Part shown: positions 45,578 to 55,800 of the stretch, piece by piece | Layout of the letters: each line of letters begins with the position of its first letter | Numbering within the stretch: position 1 is the first letter of the stretch | Virus record (IMG/VR): IMGVR_UViG_3300010885_055964 | Span: 64,001-128,000 of that record | Source: a virus | Reading direction: 5' to 3' (one strand) | Length of the DNA: 64,000 nt | Program-made: the position numbers and the translations under genes | Notes under the pieces: model-generated | What the model was told of the DNA's origin: nothing | The model's database searches: none | Seen by the model: the letters and a program-made list of their open reading frames with translations, nothing else

Positions 45578-46126
45578 ATGCCAGGTTTTAGAGTGAGCGG
45601 TATATCAGGGACATTCGGCGGAGCTGAGAAGCAAGCTGCTACCGCCGGTCCACCATCGACTCGCGACTATCATTATTCATACACATGGCAAGTGTTGGAA
45701 CTAGTGGGCAATTATGAATATCTATTAATCACCACTATCAAGGATATAACATTACCTACATTTACAGTGACCACAGAAACCGCACAGGGTGCGAGTCTAG
45801 AATATAAGTTCGCCAAGAGTGTGTCATACGATGATGTAAAGGTAACCTTTTATGATACAGTAGGATTATTGGCTAAGATGAAGGAATGGAGGATGTCAGT
45901 ATGGACACCACAGCAAGGATTAAAAGTGGCTAATGAATATAAGAAAAACTCAAGGATTAATGTGTTCACGCCAGAATGGGTAGCTGATAAACAGCAAAAC
46001 TTTACATTATATGGTTCTTGGCCATCGGTAATAAGACATGGCGAATTAACTTACGCCAATAGCGACGTGAAAATAGTAGAAGCGACTATAACATACGACT
46101 GGGCTGAAGAACAGCCGTCTGTATAA
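45578..46126 (+). CDS. tail tube paralogue 3
   Basis: ITLPTFTV..KFAKSVSYDDVKVTFYD..LYGSWPS..LTYA..TITYD. Confidence 0.85.
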   Translation: MPGFRVSGISGTFGGAEKQAATAGPPSTRDYHYSYTWQVLELVGNYEYLLITTIKDITLPTFTVTTETAQGASLEYKFAKSVSYDDVKVTFYDTVGLLAKMKEWRMSVWTPQQGLKVANEYKKNSRINVFTPEWVADKQQNFTLYGSWPSVIRHGELTYANSDVKIVEATITYDWAEEQPSV

Positions 46127-46201
46127 GAGTATAATGTAAATCAGAGCGTTGTAGGTAAGTATATATCCACGAGTCTACAGAAAATAATCGCAGAGGACGT
46201 T

Positions 46202-47302
46202 ATGGCAGACACTCCAGATGGGATTACCCCGGCTGATTTAGCTGGCAAGAAGATGCCTAATGAAGAACTACTAGATATAGGCTCGAATATAAAGCCGATA
46301 TCTAGTACTTCCAGTGCCGATAGATCGCAGAACAATAGCGATCAGGATGGTGGTACTAAAAATCACATGGAACAGCATGTGGCAGACCTACATAATGTAG
46401 CTGCTCCAGGAGATAATGTAGATGATTTTTTAGATAAATTATTACAGACTCCTGCTAATCAATTAATACCATGGGAAAATTGCTGGCTGCCTAGCAAAGG
46501 GCTTTACTACGATGGTGACTGGGACAATGGCCTAGTTAAGGTCAGGGCCATGGGCCAAACAGCAGAGAAGATATTGGCTACACAACGATTGGCTAAGTCT
46601 GGCCAATCAATAGATATGTTATTTAATGAATGTTGTCAATTTCCCGAAGGTTTCGATCCTATCAATCTGCTGTTAGGTGATCGTGTCTTCTTGTTGTACT
46701 TCTTACGTGGCATTACCCACGGTAACATTTATGAGTTCGCTTTCACATGCCCGAATGAAGAGTGCCAGAAGGTCTCTACGCATGCTTACGATTTGAACGA
46801 GCTGGCAGACACAATTACTTGGGCAGATCCTTCTTTGGGTAATGAACCGTTCAGGGTCGATTTACCATACTTGAGTAAGGCTACAGGAAGAGATGTGTGG
46901 GTAGGGGTTCGCTACTTGCGGGCGTACGATGCTAATGATCTTTTGGCTAAGAGGAAAGCCAAGGATAAGATGAAGGTAAAACCTGGAAATACGGTCCGAA
47001 CTCGAGGGCAGAGTGTCGCCAATTTCAGTAGAAATCAGCAACAAAGTGGGCAGTTAGATGATGCATTAACTGATAACCTCGAGAAAGTGATAGTGAGTGT
47101 GATGGGGTCGCAAGATCCCTTTAAGATTAGGCAATTCGTTCACCAAATGCACGCACAGGACACATCAACTGTAAGAGAATGGTTAAGAGAGCGTACTCCA
47201 GGTATCGATAACACAGTCATAGTCGGGTGCCCCGACTGTAACGCAGACCATACGGTGGAGCTTCCGATTACGGAGGCATTTTTTCGCCCGTCAAAGCGTT
47301 GA
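46202..47302 (+). CDS. tail/baseplate assembly chaperone (T4 gp26-like)
   Basis: LPSKGLYY, VRAMG..EKIL, LLLGDRVFLL..LR..THG..Y.F..TCP..C, C-term CPDC..PITEAFFRP. Confidence 0.75.
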   Translation: MADTPDGITPADLAGKKMPNEELLDIGSNIKPISSTSSADRSQNNSDQDGGTKNHMEQHVADLHNVAAPGDNVDDFLDKLLQTPANQLIPWENCWLPSKGLYYDGDWDNGLVKVRAMGQTAEKILATQRLAKSGQSIDMLFNECCQFPEGFDPINLLLGDRVFLLYFLRGITHGNIYEFAFTCPNEECQKVSTHAYDLNELADTITWADPSLGNEPFRVDLPYLSKATGRDVWVGVRYLRAYDANDLLAKRKAKDKMKVKPGNTVRTRGQSVANFSRNQQQSGQLDDALTDNLEKVIVSVMGSQDPFKIRQFVHQMHAQDTSTVREWLRERTPGIDNTVIVGCPDCNADHTVELPITEAFFRPSKR

Positions 47303-47330
47303 GGAATACGAAAAGCATTGGGCGTCTTTA

Positions 47331-47540
47331 ATGGAACAGCAGTTCCAATTAAAGCATTATGGTAAATTAAGTCTTTTTGAACAAAACCAGATGCCCGCTG
47401 AAGAACGTGCATGGTGGATGAGGCGATTGGATAGAGAATTCAAAGAGCGAAAAGAGAGGGAAGAAGCCCAAAGTAGGTCTGTTCCCAGGCCGAGCACTCC
47501 CTCTAAACCAAATATATCCATGCCGTCTATGAGACGATAA
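47331..47540 (+). CDS. gp51-like chaperone segment (frame open from 47223; possible frameshift extension of the previous gene)
   Basis: EQQFQLKHYG..QMPAEERAWWMRRL; weak SD. Confidence 0.7.
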   Translation: MEQQFQLKHYGKLSLFEQNQMPAEERAWWMRRLDREFKERKEREEAQSRSVPRPSTPSKPNISMPSMRR

Positions 47541-47570
47541 TAATAGTCTCTATGTGATCATCTTGTCGAC

Positions 47571-47579
47571 CAAATATAA
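47571..47579 (+). promoter_or_regulatory. candidate late-promoter motif CAAATATAA
   Basis: Intergenic, upstream of 47610. Confidence 0.4.
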
Positions 47580-47609
47580 GAGTATGGGGTCAGACAGGAG
47601 ACTTGACAC

Positions 47610-48443
47610 ATGAATAGTACGGGCCAAAATACTTTCCCAAGAATATCGGCCCGGCGTGGACAAGTAGTCGATCTGAATATCGATTTTTTACGTAATGGCA
47701 TACTTACCGACCCTTATGCAATTAGACGAGTCGAGATATATAAAACATCTATCGCTCCACATAATCTAATGGTGACTATCCCGATAGTAGGGATAGATCA
47801 AACAGATTATCCATCACCTCTACTTCCAACAGAGGATACAAACGGCAATGTGATATCTGGAAGCTATCATCTACACTACGCTATACCAGAAGATTTCCTA
47901 GCGCCTGACGTCTATTTTGATCTGTGGTATTATTTCGCCGACGACCCTATCGGTCATATGGGTACGGAAGTCAATCTAACTGAAGCTGACATAGACGATG
48001 ATAAGTATTCTAGTTTGTTGCTGAAGTCCTGCAATAGATTTTGGGTTTATCCAGATGGATGGTTTACTAGCGACGGTCTACAGACTGTGCGTTTTGGGTT
48101 TGAGCCACTCGATCAGAGATTCTACACACCAGAGAAGAGGCCATTAGAGATAGGACTAATGCCATTACCTCTATATGATTATAATTATAACTTAGTAAAC
48201 CCTCTTATACCATTTCTGACACCAAGCATATCTATAGAAACACAACATTGTGAGCTGTTAGTTGACAACGCTCCTGCAAGGATCGGAATAAGACAGGGGT
48301 CATACAGATCCAATCCTTGGGTTATCCAATATGATTTGGACACTTCTGCCTTTTTGAAGGGCACATACCGATATTCAATCAAATTATCGTTGCCCGATGG
48401 TTCGACTAGGGTTAGCCGTAAATTCATTTTGACAATCAGTTAA
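47610..48443 (+). CDS. hypothetical protein (probable structural)
   Basis: 277-aa beta-rich ORF, AGGAG SD. Confidence 0.7.
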   Translation: MNSTGQNTFPRISARRGQVVDLNIDFLRNGILTDPYAIRRVEIYKTSIAPHNLMVTIPIVGIDQTDYPSPLLPTEDTNGNVISGSYHLHYAIPEDFLAPDVYFDLWYYFADDPIGHMGTEVNLTEADIDDDKYSSLLLKSCNRFWVYPDGWFTSDGLQTVRFGFEPLDQRFYTPEKRPLEIGLMPLPLYDYNYNLVNPLIPFLTPSISIETQHCELLVDNAPARIGIRQGSYRSNPWVIQYDLDTSAFLKGTYRYSIKLSLPDGSTRVSRKFILTIS

Positions 48444-48997
48444 TGGATGGAAAAATGATAACAAAAGCTATTGATTTCGGTCCGACTAAGTTGGGCAGAA
48501 TCAGACAACTGACTGAGGAACTCAATTCGGACGAGTTAGCTATTCATTTATTCTTTAATCTAGCTCCTGATTTGTTTTGTATAGCAGACAGTATGGGTTA
48601 CATGAGGAAGATTAACCATGCATGGAAATTGATGTTGGGCTGGTCTGAGGAAGAGCTAACTAGAAAGCCATTAATCGAATTCATACATGCCCATGATGTA
48701 GCCAAGACTAAACAAATAATTGCTAAGATGGTAAGTCATGACATCATAAGATTCCACAATAGGATAAAAAGAAAGCCTGGTTCAGTGAATAGAATCAATG
48801 ACCCGAGTGGTAGCTGTGCAGGTGGCGACGATTATGTGGTTTTAGAGTGGAGTGCGACTGCATGGCATAATGATTTAACATATGCTGTGGCCAGACAGGT
48901 ACCAGTGAGTTGCCTAACATGTCCAGACGCACAAAATCGTTATGGTTGGCTACATCGAAGCATCGGCATGAACGGATCGAAGACTAATGTCCAATGA
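48443..48997 (+). CDS. stand-alone PAS domain protein
   Basis: FFNLAPDLFCIADSMGYMRKINHAW..LGWSEEEL..LIEFIHAHD..FHNR..LEWS..YAVAR. Confidence 0.88.
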   Translation: MDGKMITKAIDFGPTKLGRIRQLTEELNSDELAIHLFFNLAPDLFCIADSMGYMRKINHAWKLMLGWSEEELTRKPLIEFIHAHDVAKTKQIIAKMVSHDIIRFHNRIKRKPGSVNRINDPSGSCAGGDDYVVLEWSATAWHNDLTYAVARQVPVSCLTCPDAQNRYGWLHRSIGMNGSKTNVQ

Positions 48998-49379
48998 GCC
49001 GATAATACATGACTGGACAGAGTACAAAAGATTGGTTTTATCAGAGCTTGAGAGACTGAATCAGGCTGTGGAAAAACTGAAGGATCAATGTGTAGAAACT
49101 CAGACATTATTACATTTTGAAATAACCAAAGTCAAGGAATCATTGAACCAGAGGATAAGTGACCTTGATAGAAGTCATCCTACTAATATAGAGATCGAAC
49201 AATTCAAACGTGAATTGGATGAATTAGATAGCAAGTTTTTGGTATACAAGGAAGAGCAACAGGTAGAGACATTTGTCGCTCACCGATGGGAATTTTGGGC
49301 AGCAGTAATATCGATAGTCGGATCTTTAATAGTGTCGGTCACTAGTTTAATAATAACACTGTTGGGAAGTAAACCATAA
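48987..49379 (+). CDS. coiled-coil protein with C-terminal TM helix (holin-like)
   Basis: Heptad-rich body; FWAAVISIVGSLIVSVTSLIITLL. Confidence 0.55.
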   Translation: MSNEPIIHDWTEYKRLVLSELERLNQAVEKLKDQCVETQTLLHFEITKVKESLNQRISDLDRSHPTNIEIEQFKRELDELDSKFLVYKEEQQVETFVAHRWEFWAAVISIVGSLIVSVTSLIITLLGSKP

Positions 49380-49399
49380 TCGTATTAGAATAGCACATA

Positions 49400-50539
49400 A
49401 TGGTGCTATTGGTGGAAAAATATCATAGTTTTCGAACAAAAACAGGTAAAGGATGGAGGCAGATTCCATCAGACAAGATAGTCGCATGGATAGAGAAGAA
49501 TTTCGATTATAAGACGAGAAAGGATGGCTCAGAATATACAATATGTGATCCTTTTTCTGGTGATAGCAAATATAAATTTAATATAAATCCCGAAAATGGA
49601 GTATGTCATTCTTGGCATGGGGATGAGTGGGCAGGGCCGGTAAATCCAAAAACCGGTAAGCGTAACTGCTCAGTGGTTAATTTCGTCAAAACATTTAAAA
49701 AGTGTTCGTATAGACAAGCATTAGCGGAACTACTAGGTGACACCGAAGATATCTCGCAGTTCTTGAAATCAGATGGTAGAATAAATGGATTAGAAAAAGC
49801 AAGATCTGTAACAGTAGCACTGCCTGATGGCGTTGAAATATTATCGACATCACAAGATAAACAAGCATCAGCATTAAGACAATGGCTAAAATCTAGAGGA
49901 TATATAGAGAAAGACATAGAAAAGGCGGAGTTATATTATCTAGGTATGGATGTATATTGGCCTTACTTTGAATTCGAGGAATTAGTTTATTGGCAATCTA
50001 GATCAAGATTGAATAAAAGGTTCGAGTTTCCTCCTATCGAAGTCTTCGACAAGCAGGGAAATGTAATAGGTAAAACGATAGGCTCAAAAGGCGATTATCT
50101 ATACGGATTTGATAATGTAGAGATGGCATCATATTTGATAATAACAGAAGCGATATTCGACCAAAACACATTGGGCATACAATGTGTAGCATCAGGCGGA
50201 TGTGATCTTACAGCGAATCAAATAAATAAGATAAAAATATTGGGTCCTAAAAAAGGCGTTATCCTATCACCAGATAATGATAATGCAGGAATAAGTAGCA
50301 TAATACGTAATCGTAATTTATTAGAACCATTACAGGTGCCACTATTTTACAGTATACCACCCAAGTTACCATACACGATTAATGGAGAAACGAAACATAC
50401 CAAAGACTGGAATGAGATTGGAGAAAAGGTGGTCGGATTCGAAAGAGTGAGAGATTTACATGATCAAGGTATTAAAAAATTAACACTGCGTGAAGTTATT
50501 AAAATAAAAAGACTGCTCCCAAGAGGAAAATCCAGATGA
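49400..50539 (+). CDS. DNA primase (TOPRIM)
   Basis: YLKSRG-like WLKSRG, IITEAIFD, ASGG..LT..QI, LSPDNDNAG, KDWNE. Confidence 0.85.
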   Translation: MVLLVEKYHSFRTKTGKGWRQIPSDKIVAWIEKNFDYKTRKDGSEYTICDPFSGDSKYKFNINPENGVCHSWHGDEWAGPVNPKTGKRNCSVVNFVKTFKKCSYRQALAELLGDTEDISQFLKSDGRINGLEKARSVTVALPDGVEILSTSQDKQASALRQWLKSRGYIEKDIEKAELYYLGMDVYWPYFEFEELVYWQSRSRLNKRFEFPPIEVFDKQGNVIGKTIGSKGDYLYGFDNVEMASYLIITEAIFDQNTLGIQCVASGGCDLTANQINKIKILGPKKGVILSPDNDNAGISSIIRNRNLLEPLQVPLFYSIPPKLPYTINGETKHTKDWNEIGEKVVGFERVRDLHDQGIKKLTLREVIKIKRLLPRGKSR

Positions 50540-50775
50540 AATGGGTATTGATAGATGACGAGTCCTACAAAGGACTTGGTGGATCTGATTCCGAGCACCA
50601 AATACAGACATATGCCTTTATGATAGATGGCATCGGGTGTATCGTGTTGGTTAAGACTATGACTAGTAGCTCTACTACATTCGTCACTGGAACAAAGATA
50701 GTCGACAATAAACTAGTTATAATGGATGGATATAGATATATGCCTGAAGATGTCTGGCCCCACCCTACGGTATGA
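50536..50775 (+). CDS. hypothetical protein
   Basis: 79-aa ORF, ATGA-coupled. Confidence 0.6.
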   Translation: MKWVLIDDESYKGLGGSDSEHQIQTYAFMIDGIGCIVLVKTMTSSSTTFVTGTKIVDNKLVIMDGYRYMPEDVWPHPTV

Positions 50776-50791
50776 AATTAAATAGTCAGTA

Positions 50792-52111
50792 TTACTTGCC
50801 TACTTTGCGAGCAACTGAATCATAATCAAATCTTGCACAATATAGATCTGTGTACCAGAATGCTCTGGTTAGCCTGTGGTGGAACCCATATACTACCCAG
50901 TTGCCAGTCATCCAGTAATGAGGTTTATCTATAAACGAGGTCTTACCTTTGGTCCAGTGGATGTATACTGTGTCTACACCTAACCCATCACAGTCTGACC
51001 ATTCTCCATGCCCTATTATTTGAAATTTTGCACGCATTACTGAATTGATCATATTCAAGTACATGCCCCGAGGTCGGCCGTCGATATAATCCTGATAATC
51101 AAGTCCTAGGTCACCAGCTGACCAAATTTCAGGTATCCCAGAAATGGAGGACCATCCTACCCTTGGTGGGCCAGCCCCAAGCTCATCAGGAGGTTTTGAA
51201 AAACTCCTGTCCATACGAGTTTTGGCTATCAGCTTATTGGGAGTTCTACTGTCTTTGACGACTATTTTTCGCTCATCAGCATCAGTTACTTTATCAAGAT
51301 ATTGGCCAGAAATGGCACTGATGCCTTGTGTTATCAATTTAGTCTGGGTTAGAGATAGGCCATGATCAGCTAATAAATCCCATGTTTTGATATCTGAATG
51401 ATTTTTATCAGCTAATAAAGTATAATACCCCCTTTGTTGTGACTTAAAGTCAGCTTGTTCTTTAAGTTCTAGACGAAAATCGTTAGGATTAAACATCCAG
51501 TGTGTCTTGCCTTTTGTTATGGACGAAGACCAGTCTATCATCGAAGCTATAAATGTCTTAGGATCCTGTCTATGCAACCACCATTTATTGTTTTGATCAT
51601 CAATGGTTTGGCTGATAGACAGGTCTATGTTAGGTGCATAGTCGTTAATCACTTGCTTAATCACATCGCTGGCTCTGCCTTTATATGCCTGACCGCCTGC
51701 ATCTCCCATATTAAGATAGTATGACGGTGGATCAATGGCGACGAACTCCAGAACGCCCTTGTCAGAACTATCAGAACTGCTATGTTTGAGAGTCAAAAGG
51801 CATGCCTGTTTGACTTTAGTAGCACTTTCAGGATATTTAGCCTCATTTTCAGGACCCCATCTAAGCTGGAATTTGACTTTGACACCCTTACTGGCATCTC
51901 TAGTGTTTTCGAAATAACCAGAATCGATAAGGGAATCTAATCTATTAAAATTAGTGTCAAAGAATTTACCTCTGATAATATAGCCACCGTTCACCATGGC
52001 CTTATATTCAAATGAAGATAACAGTGGGCCTAGATCGGTAAAAGGAGAGCCGGAATCGAAATCAAATGTTAAGTAGACTTGAGGCCTAGATTGTGCTTGA
52101 GTAGTTGACAT
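50792..52111 (-). CDS. baseplate hub-like protein (gp27/late control D-like)
   Basis: AYKGRASDVIKQVI..WWLHRQDPKTFIASM..WMTGNWVVYGFHH..YTDLYCAR architecture; length fits. Confidence 0.6.
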   Translation of the reverse strand: MSTTQAQSRPQVYLTFDFDSGSPFTDLGPLLSSFEYKAMVNGGYIIRGKFFDTNFNRLDSLIDSGYFENTRDASKGVKVKFQLRWGPENEAKYPESATKVKQACLLTLKHSSSDSSDKGVLEFVAIDPPSYYLNMGDAGGQAYKGRASDVIKQVINDYAPNIDLSISQTIDDQNNKWWLHRQDPKTFIASMIDWSSSITKGKTHWMFNPNDFRLELKEQADFKSQQRGYYTLLADKNHSDIKTWDLLADHGLSLTQTKLITQGISAISGQYLDKVTDADERKIVVKDSRTPNKLIAKTRMDRSFSKPPDELGAGPPRVGWSSISGIPEIWSAGDLGLDYQDYIDGRPRGMYLNMINSVMRAKFQIIGHGEWSDCDGLGVDTVYIHWTKGKTSFIDKPHYWMTGNWVVYGFHHRLTRAFWYTDLYCARFDYDSVARKVGK

Positions 52112-52397
52112 GGAATTATATTACATCCTATATAATGCTAAAGGTAAAAGTCCAAGATATTTACTAGTATTTCCACTAGGTAGTAGAAATAACAAGCTAT
52201 GCATGATAGACACTACTGGCATGTCAAAGACAGAGATAAGCCGGGTCAAGTCAGCCATTCAAGACTTGGGTGCATTATCTTTGGAGGACAAGCTAGATTG
52301 GGCTAGTAAGCAGATTCCTAATGCTTTTAAGCGAGGCTACAAGGAGATATCGAATAGTAATTATAGAATTATTAGCATGCACAGTATTCACAAATAA
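52110..52397 (+). CDS. hypothetical protein
   Basis: 95-aa ORF; weak SD. Confidence 0.55.
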   Translation: MELYYILYNAKGKSPRYLLVFPLGSRNNKLCMIDTTGMSKTEISRVKSAIQDLGALSLEDKLDWASKQIPNAFKRGYKEISNSNYRIISMHSIHK

Positions 52398-52431
52398 TCC
52401 CATCGGTGTAACAAAGTGGTAGGAGGATGAC

Positions 52432-52785
52432 ATGAGTTTTACACCATACTTTGACAGTGATATCAAAGAGACCATCGACAACCAATCCATGCACGATTGG
52501 GTAGAGATGATCCGTGTTGCAAATATGCAGCAGTTGAATGAGTACCACCAAGATCTGGTCACTGAGAGTCAGATCGACCCGGCCTTTAAGAGGTCCAAGA
52601 TCTTCCGCGTTGGCTGCAAAGCCATCGCTAGGGGTCTCCAACGTTGCCGACAACGTGGCGAATATCTGGTAGAGGATGTAGGCCAGCCGATTACTTTAGC
52701 GGGGGTGATTAGTTCTGCGATGAAGGGCTGGATCATCGGTGATGAATTCGCCAAGCGTTGGTCTGGTGAACGGTCTGGCTTCTAA
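52432..52785 (+). CDS. hypothetical protein
   Basis: 117-aa ORF, AGGAGG SD. Confidence 0.7.
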   Translation: MSFTPYFDSDIKETIDNQSMHDWVEMIRVANMQQLNEYHQDLVTESQIDPAFKRSKIFRVGCKAIARGLQRCRQRGEYLVEDVGQPITLAGVISSAMKGWIIGDEFAKRWSGERSGF

Positions 52786-52878
52786 TGTCCATCGATCGTT
52801 TGGCTAGTTGAGAACTGCTAATAGTATTATATATAGATTATAGACTGTACATATCAAAAATACTCTAAGGAGTAAGAT

Positions 52879-55800
52879 ATGGCAGTCGATCCGAATGTAT
52901 ATGCGCTGTCTCTACAGCTGCAATTAGATTCTGCAGAAGCATTCGCTTCTTTAGATAGTTTTGGTAAAGCTGCTAACGATATGGAGCAGCAGGTATCCAA
53001 AGCTGCGCAGGGTGTTATTAACACCATATCTAATAATATAGATGATATGGCCATGAAATTATCTCAGGTGGCCGCGTCCGGTAATGAAGGATTTGATTCG
53101 GCCAGTACCACTTTAGATTCGTTGTCTGCCAAGTTCATAAGCATGGCCCAGAGTGGGGCGGCTAGTTTGGATGATATAAATGAGCGACTTAAAGTGCTTA
53201 GTGATATAGATCAATTATCAGATAAGACTGAAAAACATATGAAATTGGAGAAGAAATACTCTGATGACATGCTAAAGTTTTATGCTAAATTGCAAAAGGA
53301 TATAACTAATAAGAATAAGTTACATCAATCAGAAAATACATTGGTCGGCGACGAGGGCGAGTTATTACGTGAAAATGGGGATATTATCGGCAAAAACACA
53401 AGAAAAATAGATTTAGCTAATCAAGCATACAAAGCGATTGAGCAGCAAGTAACAGCTTTGAAAGCTGCGATCGTAGCGATTGATAGTGAAGCTGAAAATT
53501 TTGTGCAGACTAATTATAGGGCCTATGGTTCACAATATGGCTTGTTACAGAATGCGATGATGCTATCTGGTGAATATGGTGCATTGCGTAAGACCACCAT
53601 CGAAGCATATAAAGCACTCGCTAATGTACGGACCCCGAAAGAAGAGATAGATGGTCTGGCAGGAATAATATCTCAGGCTAATCGTTACACAGGTGTATCA
53701 GCTGAGACAATGGCTGAGTACACTCTGCGTTTGAGACAGGCTGGTCTGAGTGGTACTCAAACTACGCAGCAGATCAAGCTAATGACGTCGGCTATGCGTG
53801 TGTACGGACTAACAACGGCTGATGTAAATGGTCTGATGAATACTAGTGCTACATCAGCATTAGCCTTAGGCGAAATGTTTGGCGGGATCGATACAGATAA
53901 AGTGGAGGAAAGCAGGTTAGTATTTGCTGGTATGGCAAAGCAAATAGGGGTCAGCACAGCAGAAGCGGCCAAATTCTTCGAAACAATGGCTACTGATGCA
54001 ATGGCCATGCAGATGTTCGGCGCTTACGCTGATATGCAGATAAACAGCGCAGAAGATCTACAGCAAGCCATGGTTAAAGCAGGCGTGAAGACTCATGAAA
54101 GTATGGCTGAATTAAAAGCTGACTTGGCTGCTGGAGATATTGGGCAGGCAGAATTTAATATTAGAAGACGACAAATGATAGATCTATATTATGCAGGCAA
54201 CGAGGCTGCATTTAGAGCTTCGATGGAACTAGGAAAAGAGGCTAAACAATTAGGATTAACAGGTGAAGCTGCATCTGATTATGGTGATATAGCTAAAAAA
54301 TTAAGAAAAGATGCGATAGACCCTTGGAGCGAATCGAATAGGACTTTGACAGCTCAGTTAAGATTATTATATAACACACTACATGGTTTGATCGGACCAG
54401 TTATAGTCAGCATATCCGAAGGATTAATGTATCTAATGATGGCAGTCAATGCAGTTATTATACCTATATTAAGGTTTATCGTAGGTCTAGGTGAGCTGTG
54501 GGCCGCGATGGAGAAATGGCCTATTATAGGATATTTATTCTCTACCATAAGAATAGGTTTCTCCATTTTGTTGGGGTTAGTAGGTGTGCTGGCTATGGCT
54601 GGCTTATCGTTAATCACATTTGCATCATTATTCGCAGGTGCTACTAATATAGTTAGAGGAGCATTAAATATAATTCGTTATGTGGGTAGAGCCATAATAG
54701 AAGTAGCACAGGCTTTAGGGCAGGGCATAGCTGCCATATTATCCGGCATAGGACAAGGGCTGGCAGCATTGGGAACCGCAGTACGGCCTGTAATAGTGCC
54801 GTTGTTGCAATTATGTTTTGCGGTGCTGCTGGTAGGTGCTGGCTTTTACATGATGGGCCTTGGTATGGCCGCTGCAGCCCAACATGGATGGGCAGCAGTT
54901 GGTATGCTGGCAGCTATGACTGTCGCTATAATCACACTAATGGTGGCATTCGCATTAATAGCAGCAGTTGCTGCGCCTGTCATACCTTTAATGATTAGCC
55001 TATCAATAGTGGCACTAACATTAGGTGCTGCAGTAATGCTCGCTGGTCTGGGCATGTACATGATGGGGATGGCTGTTGAGAGCATAGCTAACTATGGACT
55101 ACAAGCAGCAGCAGCGATACCAGCATTGGCACTTGGATTGCTAGCGTTAGGAGGAGTTGGTTATGTGGCTTCGTTAGGAATATTGGCACTAGCTGCGGCG
55201 ATGTTGGCTTTAGCCATACCAGTCTTGTTGATTGGTGTAGGATTATCACTGCTATCAGCAGCTATAGATTCTATCCAAGTTGATAACTTGGCGCCAATGG
55301 CTGAGGCCCTGCTTGAATCAGCTTACTATTTCATACAAGCTGGTTTATTATTGATACCTGCTGCAGTAATGTTAATAGTTGGCTCTGCAGGAATACTAAT
55401 AGCATCAGCAATATTAGCAGCAGCTGGAGCTGCTGTAGCAATTGCTGTGCCAGTGGTAGCAGTGGCAGGAGCTGCTTTAGTAGTGGCTGCTGCGTTGTTG
55501 CTAGCTGGTTCGGTGATGGTGTTTATTTCTGGATTAATGTTGTCGGTGGGTTCAACAATGTTGTTAGCTGGGGCCGCCATATTAACACCTGCTTCGTCTT
55601 TGATAATTGCCTCTGCTTTTATTATAGGCGCGGCTGGTTATGCTTTATCAGCTGCTGTTGGGCCGTTGTTAATAGGTGCCACTGCATTATTCACAGCTGC
55701 AGCATTGGTATTAGCGTCCGGAGGTTCAATACTGGTAGGGGCATCAATGCTATTGAGGGGTGCTAATATATTATCGACAGCATCTGAAGCATTGTTAAAC

